Of a DNA stretch of 64,000 bases, positions 38,611 to 49,313 are shown piece by piece. Numbering within the stretch: the first letter of the stretch is position 1; every line of letters starts with the position of its first letter. This DNA is from Promethearchaeati archaeon (lineage in GTDB: Archaea > Asgardarchaeota > Heimdallarchaeia > Heimdallarchaeales > Heimdallarchaeaceae). The DNA lies in assembly GCA_013166775.1 (NCBI GenBank), contig JABLTJ010000008.1, positions 1-64,000 on the forward strand, in the 5' to 3' direction. Both the position numbers and the translations under genes were made by a program. The notes beneath the pieces are model-generated. The model did not search any database. It worked only from the letters and a program-made list of their open reading frames with translations, and had not been told where the DNA came from.

Positions 38611-40578
38611 TTATTCATCTGCTAAAGCCTTTATTAAGGATAAAATTTGGCTATCTGTATAACCAAGTTGATCTATGGCTCCGTTCAAACAGGTTGCAGC
38701 ACATGTTCCACAACCTTTGCAGACTGCTGCATTTACATCAGCTATTTCGAAAGTATACCCATACCTATCTATTGCTTTCAATTCGATTGCACCATAAGGA
38801 CATGAATCTACACACATGCCACATCCACGACAAAGTACATCATTTACTTTAGCGATAGTTGCTTCAACTTCTAGTTCTTTTTGAGCTAAGATATTAATAG
38901 ACCTAATAGCTGCTCTTCCAGCATGAGATACAACATCAGGAATATCCTTTGGACCAGAAACTGTACCTGCGATATAAACTCCAGATATTGAAGTTTCAAC
39001 AGGTTTAAGCTTAGGATGAGCTTCTTTAACAAATCCTGACATGTCTCTAGAAAGTTTAAGCAGATTGGAAATTTCTTTAGTACCCTCACTTGGTTGAATA
39101 CCAGTTGCCAAAACTACCATATCTGCATGCATTTCTATTGTTTCAGCTGTTAAAGTATTAACTCCCTTGATAAGTATTCGATCTCCATCTTGTAAAACTT
39201 CTGAAACTTTACCTCTGATGAAAATCACATTCTCTTCTTCAGCTGCTCTTTTGTAGAATTCCTCATAATCCTTCCCACCTGTTCTAATATCTATATAGAA
39301 ATTCACTGCTAAACCACTATGCACATGATGTTTGTATTGAAGAGCATGTTTAGTTGCGTACATACAACAGATCTTTGAACAATAAGAGAGATTTTTAGCA
39401 GGATCTCTAGATCCTGCACAGTGAATAAAAATAACTGTTTGAGGTATCCTTCCATCTGAAGGTCTTCTCACCAATCCAGCTGTAGGTCCATTTGCTGCTA
39501 AGATTCGTTCAAACTCTAAACCAGAAATGACATCTTGAATAGTGCCATAGCCATACTCTCCAATATTCTCTATTGGATATGTTTCATATCCTGTTGCAAC
39601 AACTATTGCCCCAAATTCATCTTCAATAATTTCCTCTCTCATGTCAAAATCAATAGCTTCTGGTCCACATACGTCTCTACATTTAGAGCAAATCAATGGT
39701 TCGATTCCTAGACAATTATCAGGATTGATAATGTATGATGCTGGAACTGCTTGAGGATTAGCAATATAGATAGCTTTTCTTGGAGAAAGATTTTCATTAT
39801 ATTCATCATGCACAATTACAGGACATACTGGAACACAATCATCACATAAAGTGCATTTATCTTCAATTACATATCTAGGATTTCTCTTTATTTTTACTTT
39901 GAAATTTCCAATGTAACCATCAACTTGTTTTACTTCACTATTTGCATAGAGTGTGATATTAGGATGACGTCCCACATCAACCATTTTGGGGCTCAAAATA
40001 CACTGGGAACAGTCCAAAGTTGGGAAGGTTTTGTCTAATTGAGCCATCTTTCCTCCAATTGTAGATTTCTTCTCAACAAGAGTAACTTGAAAACCAGAAT
40101 TTGCAATGTCTAGAGCTGCTTGTATTCCAGCTATTCCTCCTCCGATGACAAGAGCTTTTGATATAACTCCAACCTTTTTTCGATCTAGAGGTTCCATTAG
40201 CTCTGATCGCATAACAGCTCCTTTTACTAGAGATACTGCTTTATCTGTTCCTTTATCTTTGTCAGCATGAACCCAAGAACATTGCTCTCGAATGTTTACC
40301 ATTTCCAGACAATATGGGTTTAATCCTTTATCTTCTAGCACGGCACGAAATGTTGGTTCATGCATACTAGGAGAACAAGCTGCTACTACAACTTTATCTA
40401 AACCAAATTCTTCTATATCCTGTCTGATTAATTCTTGTCCTGGATCTGAGCATTTGTATTTGTAGACACGACTTACTGCTACATTTGGTAATAGTTTAAC
40501 ACTATCTGCTACTTCTTCTGTATCTACTGTGTCTGCAATGTTGCTTCCACATTCACATACATATACTCCAATTTTCAT
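38611..40578 (-). CDS. hdrA: Heterodisulfide reductase subunit A (paralog 2)
   Basis: CECGSNI, AACSP, NIREQCSWVH, GGGIAG, KTFPTLDCSQCIL, HCAGSRD, YCSKICC, inserted and C-terminal ferredoxins. Confidence 0.95.
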   Translation of the reverse strand: MKIGVYVCECGSNIADTVDTEEVADSVKLLPNVAVSRVYKYKCSDPGQELIRQDIEEFGLDKVVVAACSPSMHEPTFRAVLEDKGLNPYCLEMVNIREQCSWVHADKDKGTDKAVSLVKGAVMRSELMEPLDRKKVGVISKALVIGGGIAGIQAALDIANSGFQVTLVEKKSTIGGKMAQLDKTFPTLDCSQCILSPKMVDVGRHPNITLYANSEVKQVDGYIGNFKVKIKRNPRYVIEDKCTLCDDCVPVCPVIVHDEYNENLSPRKAIYIANPQAVPASYIINPDNCLGIEPLICSKCRDVCGPEAIDFDMREEIIEDEFGAIVVATGYETYPIENIGEYGYGTIQDVISGLEFERILAANGPTAGLVRRPSDGRIPQTVIFIHCAGSRDPAKNLSYCSKICCMYATKHALQYKHHVHSGLAVNFYIDIRTGGKDYEEFYKRAAEEENVIFIRGKVSEVLQDGDRILIKGVNTLTAETIEMHADMVVLATGIQPSEGTKEISNLLKLSRDMSGFVKEAHPKLKPVETSISGVYIAGTVSGPKDIPDVVSHAGRAAIRSINILAQKELEVEATIAKVNDVLCRGCGMCVDSCPYGAIELKAIDRYGYTFEIADVNAAVCKGCGTCAATCLNGAIDQLGYTDSQILSLIKALADE

Positions 40579-40592
40579 ACTTTTCTCCTCTT

Positions 40593-41429
40593 CTATATAT
40601 CTCCTTGAAGTTCCTTTAATTGATCATAAGAAAATACTGGGCCATCTTTGCAAACGTAAAGATTACCAATATTACATCTCCCACAAATGCCTATCCCACA
40701 TTTCATCCTCATTTCTAATGTGGTGTAAATTTGCTCCTCCTTGAATCCTAATTTCAGAAGATTCTGTATAACATAATGGATCATTATTGGAGGACCACAA
40801 GTTATTGCAATTGCATTTTCGGGTGCTGGATTAACTTCTAGAAGATTATCAGGAACAAAACCAACATATTTTTCCCAATGTTCTTCGTCAACATCAATTG
40901 AGAGATGCGCTTTAACATCATTTCTTTTTTCTAATTCAACAAATTCATCTTTATAACAAAGGTCTGCACTTGTTCGTGCTCCATAAATAATATCGATATT
41001 TCCATAATCTTCACGATTATCTAGTATGTAATTGATAACTGATCGTAATGGTGCTTGACCGATACCTCCCCCAATGAAAATTAGATTCCTTTTCTTCCAC
41101 CCTTCTACATCAAAGTTGTTACCATAGGGTCCTCTGACTCCGAGTGTATCCCCTTTCTCTAATTTGTGTAAAGCTGAGGTAACTTTACCGTGTTTCATTA
41201 CACTGACTTCAATGTAGTCCTTTTGTGTTGGTGAAGAGGAAATTGCGAACATACATTCTCCTGAACCAAAGAGACTAATCATTACACACTGTCCTGGGAT
41301 GAAACTGAAATTCTTCTTCTTATCATCTTGAAATGCTAGTCTGAAGGTTTTGATAGCTCTGTTCCCTTCAACTTCCTCTTTTACTCCTTCTATAATTGCT
41401 AAAGAAGGTAAATATGGATTCGCTTTCAT
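40593..41429 (-). CDS. flxA: FlxA-like FAD/NAD(P)H-binding [2Fe-2S] subunit (AsrB/HydG family)
   Basis: FIPGQ, RGPYGN, GGGIGQAP, CGPPIM, CGIGICGRC, VCKDGPVF. Confidence 0.82.
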   Translation of the reverse strand: MKANPYLPSLAIIEGVKEEVEGNRAIKTFRLAFQDDKKKNFSFIPGQCVMISLFGSGECMFAISSSPTQKDYIEVSVMKHGKVTSALHKLEKGDTLGVRGPYGNNFDVEGWKKRNLIFIGGGIGQAPLRSVINYILDNREDYGNIDIIYGARTSADLCYKDEFVELEKRNDVKAHLSIDVDEEHWEKYVGFVPDNLLEVNPAPENAIAITCGPPIMIHYVIQNLLKLGFKEEQIYTTLEMRMKCGIGICGRCNIGNLYVCKDGPVFSYDQLKELQGDI

Positions 41430-42451
41430 TCTTTTACCTCCCCTATCTTATTAATAATCTCAATAATATCTATATTTGCAGAACAATATTCTATGCATCG
41501 GCTACAGCCGGTACAACCAAATACTTCAGTGTTTTTTGGAAAATAGTTAAACTTGTGGTACACTCTATTTCGTACTCTATTCATTCTAGCAGGTCGAGGA
41601 TTATGCCCTGATGCATGATGTGTATATTCAGGATACATGCAGGAATCCCATACACGAATACGAGCTCCCTTGTTTAATGTACTCTCATCTTGCATATCAA
41701 AACAATGACATGTTGGGCAGAGATATGTACAGGTTCCACATCCAATACATTTTCTTGCAGATTCATACCAAATTGGATGATCAAACATTCCGTCTAATTT
41801 TTCCACGATTCCAGTAAGTTTCATAGTACGTTTTATTTTTCCTATAGCTTCTCTTTCTACTTTATCTCGAGATTTCTGATCCTCACCAGAAGCTGCATCA
41901 AAAAGAGTTTTGTGATCTTCTAAGAACTTCTTTCCAATTTCAGAGTTCCCTTCAATATAATACTTATAACCTAGATCTGTGAACAAAATATCAACGTATT
42001 CAATTGAAGCAGGACTATCATCAAATGAAGTGCAGAAACATGCAGGTCCTGGATTATTACAGCTCAATCCTATCAGCACACTATTTCTTCTTCTTGCTGA
42101 ATAATATGGATCTTCAAAATCTCCAATGAAAACAGGATCCAGAAGAGCAAAAGCTTTGGCATCGCAAGTTCTGATAGCATAGATTACAATTTTTTCATTT
42201 TCTTCTGGTATTTTTTCAACGTTCCCCTTTTTTCCTGGCGTGAAGTGGAATAATGTTTCAGTTTGCTTGAATATTATAGATTTTGGAGGTACTCTGGTAT
42301 TTACATAAGATGTGTCTATCTCTGATGCTTTTTCTACTTCCTTGAACAATGAAAACCCATTTTCTTTAACAGGAGCAAAGAGCTTATTCTTTGCTATAAT
42401 CTGAGTAAATAGCTCTGGAAGTTTTTCCTTAGAAATTATTGCATTTTCCAT
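41426..42451 (-). CDS. flxB: FlxB-like 4Fe-4S subunit (AsrA/HydB family)
   Basis: RTCD, CFCTS, CIGCGTCTYLCPTCHCF, WDSC, CTGCSRCIEYC. Confidence 0.8.
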   Translation of the reverse strand: MENAIISKEKLPELFTQIIAKNKLFAPVKENGFSLFKEVEKASEIDTSYVNTRVPPKSIIFKQTETLFHFTPGKKGNVEKIPEENEKIVIYAIRTCDAKAFALLDPVFIGDFEDPYYSARRRNSVLIGLSCNNPGPACFCTSFDDSPASIEYVDILFTDLGYKYYIEGNSEIGKKFLEDHKTLFDAASGEDQKSRDKVEREAIGKIKRTMKLTGIVEKLDGMFDHPIWYESARKCIGCGTCTYLCPTCHCFDMQDESTLNKGARIRVWDSCMYPEYTHHASGHNPRPARMNRVRNRVYHKFNYFPKNTEVFGCTGCSRCIEYCSANIDIIEIINKIGEVKE

Positions 42452-42460
42452 TTTATTACC

Positions 42461-43444
42461 TCACATTATAAATTCTTCTGGATCGTCTGGATTGAAGGTT
42501 CCAAACAAGGTCTTTTCCTCAGGATCCAAACCTGCAGTGTAATCATAGAGTTCTCTAATTTCTTTTTCCAACACCTTATTTAGCTTCATCAAAGGAATTT
42601 CCGCAGGACAAGCTCTTTCACATTCACCACAACTCACACATCTACCAGCTAAATGAAAAGCTCGCATTATATTCCATGCAGTGTTTTCAGAAAGGTCGAC
42701 TGATCTTCTTATCCATTGTGGATCAAGGAAATCCGCCATACATGTTTTACAATAGCATAATGGACAAGCTTCTCTGCAAGCGTAACATCTTATGCAATTT
42801 TCGAAATGTTTCTTCCAATATTCCCATTTTTCAGACAAACTCTTTTCTTCGAATTCTCTTACTTCAATATATGTTGGTTCTGTTTCAACTTCAGTTTCTT
42901 CTCCAATCAAGATATCAAATATGACTGGATTTGGGTATTCACATTCCTTGCAAACATCAGCTAATAATTCTTTTTTTGGTATTTTTTGAACTGATTCTTC
43001 AATTGAAAAGACGTAGTGATTCTTCTCTTCTTTGACATCAGTATATTCGGTTTGATTTGGGAATTTGTCTTTTATCTTTTTAGTATTAACAACTCCTGTA
43101 CAAGGAATTCCTATTAATACAAGGTTCTCTCTCTTCAAGCCTTTCTCTTGAAGAATCTGCACTAATGCCCTTGAATCACATCCTTTTACAACAATACCAA
43201 TCTTACGATCATCTTCTTGTTCTTCTCTTTTCAGAGGAAGTTTTTCTTCTAAAATTGGATAGACTACAAGGTTTTTAGTGCAAAGAGGATTAAATATGAA
43301 TTTTCTAGCATCATCAGATGTATAAGCGAATGAAGGAGCTGTTTCGAAACCATAAGTACCTTCTTCATAACCCACTATATACCTCACGTCTTCTCGAGAT
43401 ACTGTTTCTTTTACAGCATTAATGAGTTCCTTCTGGTCTACCAT
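42461..43444 (-). CDS. flxD: FlxD-like / FdhB-like 4Fe-4S subunit
   Basis: KGCDSR, CIRCYACREACPLCYC, HLAGRCVSCGECERACP. Confidence 0.78.
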   Translation of the reverse strand: MVDQKELINAVKETVSREDVRYIVGYEEGTYGFETAPSFAYTSDDARKFIFNPLCTKNLVVYPILEEKLPLKREEQEDDRKIGIVVKGCDSRALVQILQEKGLKRENLVLIGIPCTGVVNTKKIKDKFPNQTEYTDVKEEKNHYVFSIEESVQKIPKKELLADVCKECEYPNPVIFDILIGEETEVETEPTYIEVREFEEKSLSEKWEYWKKHFENCIRCYACREACPLCYCKTCMADFLDPQWIRRSVDLSENTAWNIMRAFHLAGRCVSCGECERACPAEIPLMKLNKVLEKEIRELYDYTAGLDPEEKTLFGTFNPDDPEEFIM

Positions 43445-43863
43445 TCATTCTTCCTCCTAACCTGTTTCATTGGGCCTAATTTCCTAATATCTTCAGTAAC
43501 TTCTTCAATGACTTGTGCAAATTTTCTTCCTTCTGCTGCAGAAACCCATGTCATTCTGACTCTATCTGGTTCAATTCCTAAGAACTCAAGCAGTTTTTTC
43601 ATCATAGTAATTCTTCTTCTCGCTTGATAGTTTCCATGCTGATAATGACAATCCCCAGGATGACATCCTCCTATTAAAACTCCATCAGCTCCTTGTTGGA
43701 GAGCATTAACAACAAACATGGGGTTGACTCTGCCGGAACACATTACTCGAATAATTCTGATATTTGATGGATATTGAATTCTACTTGTTCCTGCCAAATC
43801 TGCGCCAGCATATGAACACCACGTGCATAGGAAGCCTATAATCTTAGGCTCGAAATCTTTCAT
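43438..43863 (-). CDS. mvhD: MvhD-type [2Fe-2S] subunit (FlxC-like)
   Basis: FLCTWCSYAGADLAG, VMCSGRV, GCHPGDCHY, WVSAAEG. Confidence 0.9.
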   Translation of the reverse strand: MKDFEPKIIGFLCTWCSYAGADLAGTSRIQYPSNIRIIRVMCSGRVNPMFVVNALQQGADGVLIGGCHPGDCHYQHGNYQARRRITMMKKLLEFLGIEPDRVRMTWVSAAEGRKFAQVIEEVTEDIRKLGPMKQVRRKNEW

Positions 43864-43877
43864 TTCGTTCCCCTTTT

Positions 43878-45347
43878 TTATCTTTTAAGGACTTTGATTA
43901 ATTGTTTTTTATGATCATAAATCTCGACTTTTATCGGCATTTGTCCTGGCAAAGAGTGAGTTGCGCAAGCCAAACAGGGATCATAAGCCCTGAAAGCCAT
44001 CTCGATTTTATTCAGACCATCATCATTGTATTGTCCTTGTTTTACCATTTCCTGTGCTGCTTGTTTCACACTTAAGCAAATAGCTGCATTGTTATTTGTT
44101 GTCGCTACTATGATATTAGCTTTTCTCACTCTTGCATTATCATCGGTCTGATAATGGTGATATAGTGTTCCACGAGGTGCTTCAATTACTCCTACTCCCT
44201 CACCAGTAAATGCTCTTTTATCTACTTGGGTTCTACAATTTTCTGAGTACAATTCTGGTTCATCCGCTATTTCTATCATTCTTTCTCCACAATGGAGAAG
44301 CTCCACTAATCTTGCCCAATTGAATCCAAGTGTATGATGTGCTGGTTTACCTCCTAGTACTTGGAACATTTCTTCAAATGCTTCTTGTGCTAAGGGGGTA
44401 TTTATTTTATCTACAACGTTTAATCTTGCTAAAGAATTTACTCTGTACAATCCACTGTCAGGATTGGCTTCAAAACCTTTCCATCCTATTTTCTTGAGAT
44501 ATGGAAATTTTAAATAGGACCAAGGTTCAACATGTTCTGCTAAATGGTCTAGATAATCTTTTGCTTCATATTTAACAACTTCTTTTCCTTTACTATCAAT
44601 GATTCTAATGGTATCTGATGAATAAAAATCTAATTCATTATCTGGACCTACAACTGATTTGTAATAACTTTCCATCTTATAAGCATCAAGATTAATAAAT
44701 GACATCAAATCTTTGTTCTTGACTACAAGATCATTAAATACTTGCAATCCTAGCTTTCCAAATTCTACTGCTTCTTTACTCATCTGTAGGATTTGTTCAG
44801 CTTGCTCTTTGGTTAGGCTTTTACTTACTCCTCCAGGTATAACAGTTACTGGATGAGTGGCTTTCCCACCAATCATTGCTTGTATTTTCTGAGCATAACC
44901 TCGTATTTTGATCGCTTCTTTAGCAACATCAGGAAATGCTTGAAAGATGCCCAATATATTATGAGTACCTGGTTTAGTTTTTTCACCTAGAACAAAATCT
45001 GGTAGAGCAAATGCGTAAAAATGAAGTATGTGACTGTGAACATTATGTCCAAGAGCAAGCATCTCTCTTAGTAATTTTGCAGTTCTTGGAGGATCAACTC
45101 CATATATCTGATCTGCTGCTTTAGCTGGAGCTAAATGATGAGGGATTGGACATACACCACATATCCTAGGTGTAATCCGTAGTACTTCTTCTATAGGTCT
45201 TCCTAAAACAAATCTTTCAAAACCTCGAAGCTCTACAACTTGATAATAAGCATCTTTTACATTCCCTTCATCATTAAGTACTATAGATATTTTTGCTAGT
45301 CCTTCTAATCTAGTTACAGGGTCAATTGTTACTACTTTGCTACTCAT
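43878..45347 (-). CDS. mvhA: [NiFe]-hydrogenase large subunit, group 3c (Mvh)
   Basis: TRLEG, L1 RICGVCP, EAPRG, L2 RAYDPCLACATH plus C-terminal extension. Confidence 0.93.
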   Translation of the reverse strand: MSSKVVTIDPVTRLEGLAKISIVLNDEGNVKDAYYQVVELRGFERFVLGRPIEEVLRITPRICGVCPIPHHLAPAKAADQIYGVDPPRTAKLLREMLALGHNVHSHILHFYAFALPDFVLGEKTKPGTHNILGIFQAFPDVAKEAIKIRGYAQKIQAMIGGKATHPVTVIPGGVSKSLTKEQAEQILQMSKEAVEFGKLGLQVFNDLVVKNKDLMSFINLDAYKMESYYKSVVGPDNELDFYSSDTIRIIDSKGKEVVKYEAKDYLDHLAEHVEPWSYLKFPYLKKIGWKGFEANPDSGLYRVNSLARLNVVDKINTPLAQEAFEEMFQVLGGKPAHHTLGFNWARLVELLHCGERMIEIADEPELYSENCRTQVDKRAFTGEGVGVIEAPRGTLYHHYQTDDNARVRKANIIVATTNNNAAICLSVKQAAQEMVKQGQYNDDGLNKIEMAFRAYDPCLACATHSLPGQMPIKVEIYDHKKQLIKVLKR

Positions 45348-46348
45348 ATTAACTCCTCCTCTGAATGAAGTTTATAAATTAATGATTTACCATACGTAAA
45401 TCGATAAAAAGTTCCCAAAGGATCTGGGATTTTGTCTACAATTTTATCCAATTCTTCCTCCGTCATTTCTTCCTCTATTTCAACTTCAAGGAGAGATGTT
45501 AATGCTGAAATCATTTTCAGTCCATGATCTTTAACCTTATCTGTTGGCCCCAGACATCCTCTACAACCAACATTCATTTTGGTACACAGACCATCACATC
45601 CAGCTCTTGTTGCAGGCCCTAAACAGAGAATGCCTTGAGGTAGCAGACATAAATCTGGATCCATCTCATCAACCTCTTGAGGTGAAATGAACTCTTTAAA
45701 TGAAATCTTTTCAGGTTTGGTTCTACCACATTCTTCACACAAAGTTTTGGTTCCTGCAATTACTGAACCCTTTGGAGGAAGTTTTCCTGTATTAGCATAT
45801 AGCTTCAGTACTTCAACTACTTGCTCAATCAGTGGTACCATTGGAGGACATCCGGGAACAAAATAATCAACATCGATTACTTCTTCTAAAGCATCAGCAT
45901 TTTCTAATATACCTGGTAATGTTAGTTCAACATCATTTATTTTTACAGATGTAAGTGGTACAGTATTTTCTGGATTATCCATTGAAGGTACATCTTTGTA
46001 CACAAGATCAAACATGTCCTGCTCAAATGGCATATTTGCTAAACTTGGAATACCACCAAAATTAGCACACGCACCAAACGCAACAACAACTTTGGATTTC
46101 TGGCGCAAAATTTTTGCGATTTTTGCATCTTCTGTTGTTCTTATTGCCCCATGATAAATTCCAACATCTACTTCTTTATCTTTCAATTTCTTCAAATCAT
46201 CTAACTTGAAATCCATTGCTGTTGGCCAGAATTTGAATTCAACAAGATCAAAAACCTCTAGTATCTTTTCATTTAAATCAAGGATTGCTACATCGCAACC
46301 TGCACAAGTTGCTCCAAGAGCTATCGCTAGGTTAATCTTCTTCATCAT
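45344..46348 (-). CDS. mvhG: [NiFe]-hydrogenase small subunit (Mvh)
   Basis: CAGC, GACA, PGCPP, LCEEC, CLGPATRAGC, CRGCLG. Confidence 0.92.
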   Translation of the reverse strand: MMKKINLAIALGATCAGCDVAILDLNEKILEVFDLVEFKFWPTAMDFKLDDLKKLKDKEVDVGIYHGAIRTTEDAKIAKILRQKSKVVVAFGACANFGGIPSLANMPFEQDMFDLVYKDVPSMDNPENTVPLTSVKINDVELTLPGILENADALEEVIDVDYFVPGCPPMVPLIEQVVEVLKLYANTGKLPPKGSVIAGTKTLCEECGRTKPEKISFKEFISPQEVDEMDPDLCLLPQGILCLGPATRAGCDGLCTKMNVGCRGCLGPTDKVKDHGLKMISALTSLLEVEIEEEMTEEELDKIVDKIPDPLGTFYRFTYGKSLIYKLHSEEELI

Positions 46349-46794
46349 GAATCTCCTCCTTTACCATTCTTACCATAAGGAGGAAGTTTCTTTAAATCCT
46401 CAACCATTTCTGTTGTAATCTTAGCAAATTTAGCTCCTTCTGTAGCTGATATCCATGTAATCCTAAATCTCTTTGGATTTACTCCAACTTGCTTGAGAAG
46501 TCTTGAAAGTAAAGCCATCCGTCTGAATGTTTTGTAATTCCCTGTTTTATAATGACAATCTCCAAAATGACACCCTGTTATGAGTACTCCATCTGCACCT
46601 TCTAGAAAAGCTTCCACAACATGCTGAGGATCTATTCTACTAGAACAATTAACCATAATAGGTAGAACATTTGTAGGATAATGTAATCTGGAAGTACCTG
46701 CTAAATCTGCACCTTTTCCAGAACACCATCTACATAAGAATAACACAACATTAGGATTTGAATTTAGTTCAGTAATTTGTGTAGTTTTGCTCAT
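46345..46794 (-). CDS. mvhD: MvhD [2Fe-2S] subunit
   Basis: FLCRWC..GADLAG, NCSSRI, GCHFGDCHY, WISATEG. Confidence 0.9.
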   Translation of the reverse strand: MSKTTQITELNSNPNVVLFLCRWCSGKGADLAGTSRLHYPTNVLPIMVNCSSRIDPQHVVEAFLEGADGVLITGCHFGDCHYKTGNYKTFRRMALLSRLLKQVGVNPKRFRITWISATEGAKFAKITTEMVEDLKKLPPYGKNGKGGDS

Positions 46795-46798
46795 TTCA

Positions 46799-48751
46799 TC
46801 ACACCCTCAAAAGTGCCTTTATGCTAGCACTTATACTCTCGTAAGTAGAATTTCTTAATTCAATGCTTCCTGAAGGACAAGCTGCAGCACAACTCCCGCA
46901 TCCTTCACATAATGCTTCATTTACAAGCACTTTGTTCTGATTTTCATCATAGTAGATAGCTCCATATGGGCAAACATGAATGCAAGTATGACAAATTCCA
47001 CAAGTAAGATCATCTATTTCTGCTATGACTGGATCTCTCTCCAAGAAATCAGAAGATAATATAGTTTCAGCTTTAGCAGCTGCTCCTGAAGCTTGAGCAA
47101 CAGCTTCAGGAATATCTTTGGGGCCTGATGCTGTACCTGCTACAAAAACACCTGAGATAACTGTTTCAACCGGCTTTAGTTTTGGATGAGCTTCTTTTAC
47201 GAAACCTTTACTATCACATGAAAGTTTCAGGATATTGGAAATTTCTTGTGTTCCTTCGCTTGGTAGTAATCCTGTTGCTAGAACTACCATATCTGCATGT
47301 AATTCAATTGATTCAGAAGTAAGTGTATTCACTCCCCTAATCAGTACTTTCTCTCCATCTTGTAATAATTCTGATACCTTTCCCCTAATGTAAATTACAT
47401 TTTCTTCTTCAGCAGCTCTTTTGTAGAACTCCTCATAATCCTTACCTGCAGTTCTGACATCAATATAGAAATTTATAGCAACTCCATCATGGACCAGATG
47501 TTTATACTGCATAGCATGTTTTGTTGCGTACATGCAACAAATTTTCGAACAATATGGAAGGTGTTTTGCTGGATCTCGAGAACCTGCACAATGAATAAAA
47601 ACAACTATCTTTGGAATATTCCCATCAGAAGGTCTTCGAATCACACCTTGTGTAGGTCCATTTGCAGAAAGTAATCTCTCAAATTCCAAACCTGAGACAA
47701 CGTTATGAATGTTGCCATACCCATATTCTCCTATTCTTTCATATGGATAAACCGAATAACCTGTTGCAACAACAATCGCTCCAAATTCCTCCTCAATAAA
47801 TTCTGCTTTCATATCAAAATCTATAGCCTTGGGATCACAGACTTCTTTACATTTTGCGCAAATTAGTGGATCGATTCCAAGACATGTACTAGGATCTATA
47901 ATATATGAAGCTGGGACAGCTTGAGGAAATGCTATATAGATTGCCTTTCGTGGAGACAATCCTGCATTATATTCATCATGAACTATAACTGGACAAACAT
48001 GAACACAATCGTCACATATTGTACACTTTTCTTCAATTACGTAACGAGGTTTCTTCTTAATTTTTACCTTGAAGCTTCCAACATAACCATCAACATTTTC
48101 TACTTCGCTGTTAGTTAGTAATTGAATATTTGGATGACGACCTACAGCAACCATTTTTGGCGTTAATATACATTGAGAGCAATCCAAGGTTGGGAATGTT
48201 TCTGCAAGTTGAGCCATTTTTCCTCCGATTGTTGAATCCTTCTCTACTAGTGTAACCTGATATCCTGCATCTGCAATATCTAATGCCGCTTGTATTCCTG
48301 CTATCCCTCCACCAATAACTAGTGCTTTTCTTGTAACAGGAACATTATAGGGTTCCAATGCTTGATTTCTTTTTACCTTTTCAATTGTTGATTCAATTAT
48401 CTTAATTGTTTTTTCTGTAGCTTTTTCTTTGTTTTCATGAACCCAAGAACACTGTTCTCTTATATTAGCCATTTCTGTAAGATATTGATTCAATCCCGCT
48501 TCTTTAGTAACAATTCTGAAAGTGTCCTCATGCATATCTTTACTACAAGCTGCTACAACTACTCGATCTAAATCATGTTTCTTGATTGCTTCCTTGATAA
48601 TAGTTTGACCTGGTTCTGAGCACATATACATACTATCTTCTACATGTACCACATCCTCATAGTCTTTGATGCTCTCTAAGACTTTCTTAATATCAACAGT
48701 GTGAGCAATATTTCTCCCACAGTGACAAACAAATACACCAACTTTACTCAT
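46799..48751 (-). CDS. hdrA: Heterodisulfide reductase subunit A (paralog 1)
   Basis: MSKVGVFVCHCG (ATG 48751), NIREQCSWVH, TFPTLDCSQCIL, YCSKICC. Confidence 0.95.
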   Translation of the reverse strand: MSKVGVFVCHCGRNIAHTVDIKKVLESIKDYEDVVHVEDSMYMCSEPGQTIIKEAIKKHDLDRVVVAACSKDMHEDTFRIVTKEAGLNQYLTEMANIREQCSWVHENKEKATEKTIKIIESTIEKVKRNQALEPYNVPVTRKALVIGGGIAGIQAALDIADAGYQVTLVEKDSTIGGKMAQLAETFPTLDCSQCILTPKMVAVGRHPNIQLLTNSEVENVDGYVGSFKVKIKKKPRYVIEEKCTICDDCVHVCPVIVHDEYNAGLSPRKAIYIAFPQAVPASYIIDPSTCLGIDPLICAKCKEVCDPKAIDFDMKAEFIEEEFGAIVVATGYSVYPYERIGEYGYGNIHNVVSGLEFERLLSANGPTQGVIRRPSDGNIPKIVVFIHCAGSRDPAKHLPYCSKICCMYATKHAMQYKHLVHDGVAINFYIDVRTAGKDYEEFYKRAAEEENVIYIRGKVSELLQDGEKVLIRGVNTLTSESIELHADMVVLATGLLPSEGTQEISNILKLSCDSKGFVKEAHPKLKPVETVISGVFVAGTASGPKDIPEAVAQASGAAAKAETILSSDFLERDPVIAEIDDLTCGICHTCIHVCPYGAIYYDENQNKVLVNEALCEGCGSCAAACPSGSIELRNSTYESISASIKALLRV

Positions 48752-48755
48752 AGTT

Positions 48756-49313
48756 TTATCCTTCTTGCTTGTATTCTTTTCCTTTCTTAAATGCAATAAG
48801 ATTTTTCTCAATGTATCGAGCTTTAATCTTTTGTTTCATAACCGTAACAAGAGCTTCTTCGGATACTATGTCTTTTGCATTAGCACATACATATCCTAAC
48901 ATTGCTATATTAGCAAAGATTTTACTACCAAGAGTTTCTGCAATTTTTGTTGCAGGGATTTTAAAAATCTGTTTAGCTTTATTGGCATTATCATCCAAGT
49001 GTACTAGATTCTCTTCAACAAATAAAATTCCACCTTTCTTAAGTTTAGGAATATATTTGTTATATGCTTCTTCGGATAATACTACAAAATAATCTAGTTC
49101 TGTAGCTTTAGGAAAATCAATCTCTTCAGTATCTATTACGACATCTGCGCTACTAGCACCTCCTCTGCTTTCAGGACCATAGCTTTGTGTCATTACTGAG
49201 TTCTTTCCTTTTTCATACAAAGCAACAGCTTCACCTACTAATCTTCCCATAAGACCTATACCTTGACCCCCAAATCCTGCGAAACGTACTTCTACTCTAG
49301 CCATAATAATCAC
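48756..49313 (-). CDS. korC: 2-oxoacid:ferredoxin oxidoreductase gamma subunit
   Basis: AGFGGQG, TQSYGPESRGG. Confidence 0.88.
   Translation of the reverse strand: MIIMARVEVRFAGFGGQGIGLMGRLVGEAVALYEKGKNSVMTQSYGPESRGGASSADVVIDTEEIDFPKATELDYFVVLSEEAYNKYIPKLKKGGILFVEENLVHLDDNANKAKQIFKIPATKIAETLGSKIFANIAMLGYVCANAKDIVSEEALVTVMKQKIKARYIEKNLIAFKKGKEYKQEG

Noticed and set aside
40593-42451. Sulfhydrogenase (group 3b) or AsrAB sulfite reductase
   Set aside because: No AsrC; adjacency to MvhD-like and FdhB-like genes and HdrA fits FlxABCD, and the hydrogenase sits in an mvhDGA context
36757-48751. Methanogenesis inferred from Hdr/Mvh
   Set aside because: No mcr/mtr/fwd genes in the window; Hdr-Mvh-Flx modules are widespread in non-methanogens
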